A stretch of 32,000 nt of DNA, taken from the NCBI RefSeq assembly GCF_000092465.1, contig NC_014205.1, positions 1,530,001-1,562,000 of the forward strand. The letters run 5' to 3'. Numbering within the stretch: position 1 is the stretch's first letter; the number at the start of each line of letters is the position of its first letter. Below the pieces are notes generated by a model. That model was not told where the DNA came from, did not search any database, and saw only the letters and a program-made list of their open reading frames with translations. Both the position numbers and the translations under genes were made by a program. Positions 26,113 to 32,000 of this stretch are shown piece by piece. The DNA comes from Staphylothermus hellenicus DSM 12710 (GTDB lineage Archaea; Thermoproteota; Thermoprotei_A; Sulfolobales; Desulfurococcaceae).

Positions 26113-26193
26113 GTATCTCCTACACCAAATTTGAACAATTAACTGTTTGGAGCGGAACATAAAAATTAACTAGTTATACAAGGTGTATAGGTT

Positions 26194-26463
26194 TTGAGCG
26201 GTGAAGAAGCAAAGAAAAAAATTGTGGCTGAGCAACCCGAGGTAAACATAATCGAAGAAATAGGTTTTCCAGCGGAGGTAATCCAAATAGTTGGCAGAAC
26301 AGGTGTAACCGGGGAAATAATACAGGTTCGTGTAAGAGTATTAGAGGGGAGAGATAAAGGAAGAATAATTACTAGAAACGTCAAAGGCCCAGTGAGGCTT
26401 GGAGACATTTTAATACTCAGAGAAACAGAGAGGGAAGCCAGAAAACTAAGCGGTAGAAGATAA
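26194..26463 (+). CDS. rps28e: 30S ribosomal protein S28e (eS28)
   Basis: [60 protein letters not shown] is diagnostic. The start is the TTG at 26194 or an in-frame GTG ten codons downstream. The gene is on the opposite strand to its usual operon partners. Confidence 0.93.
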   Translation: MSGEEAKKKIVAEQPEVNIIEEIGFPAEVIQIVGRTGVTGEIIQVRVRVLEGRDKGRIITRNVKGPVRLGDILILRETEREARKLSGRR

Positions 26464-26465
26464 GG

Positions 26466-26470
26466 TTTTT
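26466..26470 (+). terminator. Oligo-T tract immediately after the S28e stop
   Basis: TTTTT begins 3 nt after the TAA. Archaeal termination commonly uses T-runs. Weak evidence. Confidence 0.3.
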
Positions 26471-26641
26471 CATCAACATAACATTATCCTAATCTAAATT
26501 CTGAATTATTAAGAAAACGTTTTCTACGAGAAAACATAGGTAATTATATTTTTATGTAAAAAATATTGTGAAACAACTATTGTTTCTTCCTCTTCTATAA
26601 TGTCCGAATCAGCTAATAGCCTGCTTATAATTTATCAGAGG

Positions 26642-27028
26642 TTAAGTTCCTGCTTTCGCTCTTAATTCTTGCACCTGCTTTATTATTTCTTCTACTAAGT
26701 CCTTAGCACCGCCTGGATCGATTATTGCAGCGCTAGCTGCAGCCACCTCTATACCTGCTGCTTCACCCAGCTTCTTCTTGCTTGGGACATAGACATATGG
26801 TATTTTCTTTTCATCGCAGAGTAAAGGTAGGTGAGCAACTATTTCTGGTGGATCAACGTCTTCAGCAATTATTACTAATCTAGCTATTCCTCTTTCAACA
26901 GCTTTTGTTGTTTCATTTGTTCCCTTCTTTATCTTACCACCTGTCTCTCTAACCTTCTTGACTGCTTCATATACTTTCTCAGCTAGTTCTGAGGGTACCT
27001 CGAATTTTACATAGAACGGCTTAGACAT
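26642..27028 (-). CDS. rpl7ae: 50S ribosomal protein L7Ae (K-turn binding protein)
   Basis: 128 aa. [48 protein letters not shown] is diagnostic. Confidence 0.95.
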   Translation of the reverse strand: MSKPFYVKFEVPSELAEKVYEAVKKVRETGGKIKKGTNETTKAVERGIARLVIIAEDVDPPEIVAHLPLLCDEKKIPYVYVPSKKKLGEAAGIEVAAASAAIIDPGGAKDLVEEIIKQVQELRAKAGT

Positions 27029-27033
27029 AACTT

Positions 27034-27058
27034 CATCCTCCTCCCAATTCTTCGGTCG
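27034..27058 (-). promoter_or_regulatory. Kt-7-like K-turn/K-loop candidate in the L7Ae 5' leader
   Basis: The leader reads 5'-CGACC GAA GA A UUGGGA G GA GGAUG-3' and ends 5 nt before the AUG. This matches the K-turn core layout: C-stem, 3-nt bulge, tandem G.A/A.G, and an A.G at the 3b.3n position. The C-stem is imperfect (C-G, C-G, A.A, G.U, C-G). The motif covers the GGAGGAGG SD-like tract. Confidence 0.35.
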
Positions 27059-27104
27059 TCTGACTTAAAAGCTAATAATAGTAAATGATATTATAAGGTT
27101 TTTG

Positions 27105-28862
27105 TTATTTATGTGCAAAAATACATTTGATCTCCTCTGGTTCTTTGGAATCAATTCTTGCAAACCCTATTCTATAGAACTGTACTATGTCTCCATGTTC
27201 TTCGTTAATTAATGCCTTTTCTGCGAGGAGCATTCTTGTTTCAAGACTTGTTTCCTTTGGTATTACTAGTTTGACTCTTATTGCTTGCTCGGGTTTAACC
27301 CATTGAATTATTGGTGCATGATATTGCTTTGCTTCTTTAGCTGATAAACTTATTAGTCTTGCTTCAAAACCCATATAGTTTTTAGAGAATACTGGTCGTG
27401 TTAGCGCAAAGTTTCCTATTCCCATTAATCTAAACATTTTATTTTGTATGGTATCAAAATCTCTACGTGATATGTATACTATGTCTCCTGGTTTTACTAT
27501 ATAACTATATGTTTCATGTGTTGAAGGATGACGTAATACGTGGGCTTCAATACTATTACTAAAACCTATAAGTTTCAGTGGTAATGCTTCTTCGACAGCC
27601 ATATACCTTTTTGCCTGAGGATCTATGATTGATCTATTTATTGCAGCTAAGTTAACATAACTAATCCTTGCATCAATAACATTTATTCCTACATCCTTTA
27701 TTATTCTCCAAAGAGTTTCTCTTGCAATCCCCCTTCTCCGTAAGCCGGACAATGTTCCGAATCTTGGATCATCGTATGGCTCCATATTATATTCTACAAT
27801 CATCTTCCTCATTCTAGACTTGCTCAAAATAACTCCTTCAAGACTTAATCTACCAAAATGTATGGTTTCCGGATATTTCCAACCCATATGATCATATAGG
27901 AATTTCTGCTTAATAGTGTTTGAAACATGTTCTTTAGCTCTGAGTATATGTGTAACACCCATTAAGTGATCATCTATTGCAGCAGCTAAATTATATGTGG
28001 GCCACAAGATGTATTTGTCTCCAACAATTGGATGAGGTGTTTTAGAAGTATCAATTATTCTTGCAGCAACCCAGTCCCTAACACTTGGATCAGGATGTGA
28101 CAGGTCTGTTTTAACCCTAACAACTGCTTCTCCCTCAGAATAGTATCCTTCAAATATCTTGTCAAGCTCTTCCAGGTGTTTTTCAGGGGATAATTCTCTG
28201 TGAGGACATGGTTTTCCAGCATCTCGTAGTTTCTTGAATTCTTTCGGACCACATTTATCCACATAAGCTCCTCCACGTTTTATTAGTTCCCGTAAAGTAT
28301 TGTAGAGTATTGGTAAGCGTAGACTTTGAATATATTCCTCATCCCATTTAATACCTAGCCATTTAAGATCATTTCTTATCCTATCATATGCTTCTGGAAA
28401 AGGTGCTTTTGTTCTAGGATCGGTGTCTTCGAATCTTAGAATCATTTTTCCCTCATACATTTCAGCATACCAGTAACTGAGAAGTGCAGGTCTAGCGTTT
28501 CCTAAATGGATAGTATAGTCTGGATTAGGAGCGAATCTTGTGACAACTTTTCCCTTTACAGCATTGGGTAGGGGTGGTAAAGATTTTTCTTCTGTTTTAG
28601 GTTTTTCTTCAAGTAGTTCTGGCCAATTCTTTTCAATAATTTCTTTTTGTTTTTCTATTGATAACTTGTTTACTTCGTTTATTGTTTCACGGACTATACT
28701 AATTATTTCTTTAACGTGTCTTCGTATCTCCGGTATTTCGGCTATAATTTTGGATATTACGGGTTTTAATTCTGCTTTTCCACTGTGTTTATATGCGTTT
28801 AGTAATGCGTATTTATATGCTGCTTCACGGACTTTTTCTAATAATGATTTCTCTAATGTCAT
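27105..28862 (-). CDS. gltX: Glutamyl-tRNA synthetase (archaeal type)
   Basis: 585 aa. Class I motifs HLGNARPALL (HIGH-like) and ILSKSRM (KMSKS-like), with archaeal GluRS length and layout. Confidence 0.92.
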   Translation of the reverse strand: MTLEKSLLEKVREAAYKYALLNAYKHSGKAELKPVISKIIAEIPEIRRHVKEIISIVRETINEVNKLSIEKQKEIIEKNWPELLEEKPKTEEKSLPPLPNAVKGKVVTRFAPNPDYTIHLGNARPALLSYWYAEMYEGKMILRFEDTDPRTKAPFPEAYDRIRNDLKWLGIKWDEEYIQSLRLPILYNTLRELIKRGGAYVDKCGPKEFKKLRDAGKPCPHRELSPEKHLEELDKIFEGYYSEGEAVVRVKTDLSHPDPSVRDWVAARIIDTSKTPHPIVGDKYILWPTYNLAAAIDDHLMGVTHILRAKEHVSNTIKQKFLYDHMGWKYPETIHFGRLSLEGVILSKSRMRKMIVEYNMEPYDDPRFGTLSGLRRRGIARETLWRIIKDVGINVIDARISYVNLAAINRSIIDPQAKRYMAVEEALPLKLIGFSNSIEAHVLRHPSTHETYSYIVKPGDIVYISRRDFDTIQNKMFRLMGIGNFALTRPVFSKNYMGFEARLISLSAKEAKQYHAPIIQWVKPEQAIRVKLVIPKETSLETRMLLAEKALINEEHGDIVQFYRIGFARIDSKEPEEIKCIFAHK

Positions 28863-29340
28863 CTTTATTCACTACCGCTAAAACATATCTTTCAGGTTTT
28901 TCCCATGGAAAATTAATTACGAGTAAGACTACTCCCTTACATGGTGAACGAATTGTTCTTACTTCACCTTTACCAGTAATTATGTATGCAACTTTATCTC
29001 TTTCCTCGATTACGTCTCCTTCTCTGGGAAAAACATATGGTTGTACACCTTTAACCTCGATTAGGCAAAGCTTCTTATTTTCATCTATTAGAAAACCTTT
29101 CATTTCTTTTTCTCCACTATACTCTGGGATTACTATGAATGCTTTTTTAGTAGCTGGTTTTACTAGGTCAATATAATTTATTATGTGTTCATAAACTATA
29201 TGTCCGAATACACGCTTATAATTCACATTATCTATATCTTCTTTCGTAAATGCTAAGGCATAATGTCCATTTATTTCTAGAATATACTTATCGCCTTCCA
29301 CTCCTTCAACGAATATTTCAGGATATCTATATTTTTCCAT
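28825..29340 (-). CDS. Uncharacterised archaeal protein with a C-terminal biotinyl/lipoyl-like hybrid-barrel motif (possibly DUF2118-like)
   Basis: 171 aa. REGDVIEERDKVAYIITGKGEVRTIRSPCKGVVLLV resembles a lipoyl/biotinyl barrel. Its start shares 1 nt with the IDI-2 stop, and its 3' end overlaps gltX by 38 nt. Confidence 0.6.
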   Translation of the reverse strand: MEKYRYPEIFVEGVEGDKYILEINGHYALAFTKEDIDNVNYKRVFGHIVYEHIINYIDLVKPATKKAFIVIPEYSGEKEMKGFLIDENKKLCLIEVKGVQPYVFPREGDVIEERDKVAYIITGKGEVRTIRSPCKGVVLLVINFPWEKPERYVLAVVNKDDIREIIIRKSP

Positions 29341-30467
29341 TATTGAAAACCACCTTTACGAACAAATTGTATATAGTTTTCTAAATCTATTTTTCTCTGT
29401 TTAAAATAGCTTAGTATAGGCTCGAACAATACAACTGGTTTGCCACGGGCTTCATTTGGATTCTTAGCTCCAATTAGGAAGAGTATGGTTCTAATAGTCT
29501 CGATATATGTGTATAGGAATTCGTATGCTTTATTATAGCCTTGTTTTAATAAGAGATAAATAATTGGTTTTGCTATTCCAACCATGTTTGCTCCGAGAAC
29601 TAATGATTTTACTGCTTTTAAACCATCCCATACTCCTCCACTAGCAATGATGAATGAGTCGGGAGCAGCGTTTCTAGTCTCAATAATTGCTAGTGGCGTG
29701 GGTATTCCCCATTTACTAAGAATTTCAGCGATTCTCCTCTTATACTCGGGCGTCCTAGACCGATACTTCTCGACTAATATCCAGTTTGTACCACATGAGC
29801 CTGATACGTCAAAGTATCTTATACCAATAGATCTGAATAATGATGCTGTTTCCATGGAGATACCGTTGCCTACTTCTTTAATGATTACTGGAACATCAAT
29901 GTTATCAAGTACTTCTTCGATCTTGGCAATAACATTGTCACTAAATCTTGTATCTCCTTCTGGCTGTATAGCTTCTTGTGCTGGATTTAAATGTATTGCT
30001 AACGCGTCTGCCTCAATGGATTTGATAAGAAACTCAACATCATTTATGCTTAGATCATTAATGGTGTTAATACCGATATTACCAATAACCGGTACATCCT
30101 GCGCGGTCTTCCTAACTATTCTATAGGTTTTCAATACATCACTGTTCTCTCTATATATAATCATTGGTCTTTGACTTCCAACACCTATAGCTATACCTAG
30201 TTCTTGTGCTAGTCTAGCTAGTTTCTCATTTATTTTAGTAACATTTCTATGTCCTCCCGTCATTCCCGTTATCATTAGTGGTGCTTTAATAGTATAGCCT
30301 AGAAAATCTATCCTAAGATCCGTTTCCTCCAGATCTATTTTTGGAAAAGCTTGGTGAACAAGCATTATAGAATCGTATATTTCCGAGCAATGATCAGAAA
30401 AATCAACGTTTTCCTTCAAAATAATATCTATATGTTCTAGTTTTCTTTCACCTATATTCCTATCCAT
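29340..30467 (-). CDS. fni: Type 2 isopentenyl-diphosphate delta-isomerase (FMN-dependent IDI-2)
   Basis: 375 aa. PLMITGMTGG, GVGSQR and ASGGVWDGLKAVKSLVLGA motifs of the IDI-2 TIM barrel. Confidence 0.92.
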   Translation of the reverse strand: MDRNIGERKLEHIDIILKENVDFSDHCSEIYDSIMLVHQAFPKIDLEETDLRIDFLGYTIKAPLMITGMTGGHRNVTKINEKLARLAQELGIAIGVGSQRPMIIYRENSDVLKTYRIVRKTAQDVPVIGNIGINTINDLSINDVEFLIKSIEADALAIHLNPAQEAIQPEGDTRFSDNVIAKIEEVLDNIDVPVIIKEVGNGISMETASLFRSIGIRYFDVSGSCGTNWILVEKYRSRTPEYKRRIAEILSKWGIPTPLAIIETRNAAPDSFIIASGGVWDGLKAVKSLVLGANMVGIAKPIIYLLLKQGYNKAYEFLYTYIETIRTILFLIGAKNPNEARGKPVVLFEPILSYFKQRKIDLENYIQFVRKGGFQ

Positions 30468-30554
30468 TTAAGGCACCGTATTATTAGCTAGGAATAAACA
30501 TTGTATTTCTTTTAAAATAATGCTTATTAATATGTGATAATATTCTGTTACATA

Positions 30555-31424
30555 TTATTTAATTAAAAACCTTATTGCAGCATAACCTACAACGGTTGAT
30601 TTATCTCCTGAGACATCTCCACTTGTCGCATATTTTAATAGTTTAGCTTCTCCTTTACCATATAGTTTTACGAGTTCTATCAGAGTCATTATTCCTCCAG
30701 GACCACAGATGGTTACATGCTCCTCTAATAAAACCTTGTAGAAACCATCTGTGTCAAGTGCGAGTATGCGTTCTAGTGCTTTTTTGTCTTTGGCAACTGT
30801 TATATCATGTGGGTCATAATGGTTAAAGTCGCTGCTAGCAATTATTATACTATCTCTTCCTGTGCTCTGTAAAGATTCATATATTGCTTTAGAGAGATCC
30901 CTGGCTACATCTGGTGTGTGTAAGCCTAGAACTATCGGTACTATTTTAACATTGTCACCGAACAAATACTGTATAAATGGTAATTGAACCTCTATTGAAT
31001 GTTCTTCGACATGTGCATATACGTCGAGTTCGGCGAGATCACTATTGTTAACTATATCTCTAGCTAGTTCAGCATCAACCTCTAGTTCTCCTAGAGGAGT
31101 AATCCATTTTCCTGCTGGATATACTGATACAAGTGAACCTAAACCTGAATGATTTGTTCCAATAATAATTATGGTTTCAGGTTTACCGTCGAGGGCTAAG
31201 TTGTAGTAGACATGAGCAGCTATAGGCCCGCTATAAATGTAACCTGCATGTGGAGCTACGTATCCTAAGGTTTCTTTGCGCCGTGCATTTGATACTTTAG
31301 GCAATTCTCCTGGACCAAGTGGATGTTTAAAAGAATGCTCGATAAACCCACGTAGTTTTTCTGGATCGCTTGGATAAAAATATCCAGCTACAACTGGGAG
31401 TCGTGTATGTGGTTTTTGCTCCAA
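30555..31424 (-). CDS. MEMO1-family protein (AmmeMemoRadiSam system protein B-like, COG1355)
   Basis: 289 aa. VAGYFYP...APHAGYIYSG...EHSIEVQLPF signature. Confidence 0.85.
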   Translation of the reverse strand: MEQKPHTRLPVVAGYFYPSDPEKLRGFIEHSFKHPLGPGELPKVSNARRKETLGYVAPHAGYIYSGPIAAHVYYNLALDGKPETIIIIGTNHSGLGSLVSVYPAGKWITPLGELEVDAELARDIVNNSDLAELDVYAHVEEHSIEVQLPFIQYLFGDNVKIVPIVLGLHTPDVARDLSKAIYESLQSTGRDSIIIASSDFNHYDPHDITVAKDKKALERILALDTDGFYKVLLEEHVTICGPGGIMTLIELVKLYGKGEAKLLKYATSGDVSGDKSTVVGYAAIRFLIK

Positions 31425-31432
31425 ATATTATT

Positions 31433-32000
31433 TCACCTCTTAAGTTTTACTTCAAACTCTGAAGGAGGCTCAGGCAAGTCGCCGTCCGGCGGCAATAATC
31501 CTTTCTCCCTAAGTATTTGTCTCGCCAATAACCAATATATTAGTGCTAAGCTTTTTCTACCCTTATTATTTGCTGGAATAATTAGGTCTATATATTCTGT
31601 TCTATTATCTGTATCAGCTAGTGAAACAATAGGTATACCTATTTCTGCTGCTTCCTTCAATGCTTGGGAATCAGCACGTGGATCGGTTAATAATACTATG
31701 TCTGGTTCAAAATACCATTTAAGACTTGGATTCGTAAAGGTTCCAGGCATAAATCTACCGATGAAAGGTTTGCATCCTACATAGTTGCAGAACTTAACAA
31801 CAGGTTTTTGCCCATATGTTCTAACTGATACTACAGCTATTTTTGATGGTTCATATCTTGACAAGAACTTTGCAGCTATTCTTATTCTTTCATCAGTTTT
31901 TCTAACGTCTAGAATATATAGTCCATCGTTTCTAACACGGTAAACAAATTGTTCCATAAATTTTGTGCATATATGAGTTCCTATATGAACTCCTGCCATC
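31433..32000 (-). CDS. rps2: 30S ribosomal protein S2 (uS2), 5' end outside the window
   Basis: AGVHIGTH...[17 protein letters not shown]...[12 protein letters not shown] is diagnostic. The reading frame is open to the window edge, so the true start is probably beyond 32000. Confidence 0.93.
   Translation of the reverse strand, partial: MAGVHIGTHICTKFMEQFVYRVRNDGLYILDVRKTDERIRIAAKFLSRYEPSKIAVVSVRTYGQKPVVKFCNYVGCKPFIGRFMPGTFTNPSLKWYFEPDIVLLTDPRADSQALKEAAEIGIPIVSLADTDNRTEYIDLIIPANNKGRKSLALIYWLLARQILREKGLLPPDGDLPEPPSEFEVKLKR

Noticed and set aside
26157-26557. Inverted repeats flanking S28e that could have mediated the inversion
   Set aside because: The only match found is an AT-rich 10-mer (acataaaaat 26157-26166 with its complement at 26548-26557). 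This is too short and too compositionally trivial to count as a recombination scar.
29584-30126. 180-aa plus-strand ORF antisense to IDI-2. Similar antisense ORFs occur at 22493-22948, 2819-3220, 8839-9303 and 12026-12430.
   Set aside because: All are nested in well-supported genes on the other strand and have biased, low-complexity composition. There is no independent support for any of them.
1-32000. CRISPR arrays, cas genes, rRNA operons, restriction-modification, toxin-antitoxin or other defence islands
   Set aside because: I saw no direct-repeat/spacer periodicity and no long GC-rich rRNA-like block. Every sizeable ORF is accounted for by a housekeeping family. The single PIN-domain gene is the conserved Fcf1-like neighbour of aIF2-gamma, not a VapBC module, and no antitoxin ORF lies adjacent to it.

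Overview
This window is an archaeal core-genome segment, low in G+C and most consistent with a hyperthermophilic crenarchaeon (Desulfurococcales/Sulfolobales-like; the lineage is inferred, not verified). It is packed with information-processing genes. Of 44 intact CDS, 41 lie on the minus strand. Only an Obg-like GTPase, aIF5B and ribosomal protein S28e are on the plus strand.

Gene content by region:
- 1-8421: a near-complete 'exosome superoperon'. In minus-strand transcription order it runs L15e, COG1325 RNA-binding protein, RNase P Rpp30 and Pop5, tRNA-Leu, proteasome alpha, SBDS, Rrp4/Rrp41/Rrp42, L37Ae, Brix, Pcc1, prefoldin beta.
- 13690-23121: S6e, aIF2-gamma, PIN, Rpo7, Spt4, DPCK, S24e, S27ae, Kae1, Bud32, ITPase, S15, a RecJ/Cdc45-like protein, a second Pcc1 paralog and S3Ae.
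- 25373-32000: S2, MEMO, IDI-2, an uncharacterised barrel protein, GluRS, L7Ae, S28e, L24e and NDK.

I found no CRISPR array, rRNA, or recognisable defence or toxin system.

Observations that go beyond routine annotation:
1. Two unannotated box C/D sRNA candidates flank an intron-containing tRNA-Leu(UAA), just downstream of the RNase P protein genes.
2. One guide from each sRNA is complementary to the same ~30-nt stretch upstream of S28e.
3. S28e is inverted as a single gene within the otherwise conserved L7Ae-S28e-L24e-NDK cluster.
4. A decayed, GC-rich TnpB (IS200/IS605-family) relic sits between a THUMP-domain gene and a SPOUT-class methyltransferase gene.
5. A 54-codon S27ae gene with a GTG start falls below the ORF-track size cutoff.
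6. The Pop5 ORF has a hydrophobic N-terminal extension whose ATG overlaps the upstream stop codon.
7. The L7Ae leader contains a Kt-7-like K-turn/K-loop motif over its Shine-Dalgarno-like sequence.

All functional calls come from reading motifs in the translated ORFs. No database search was run.
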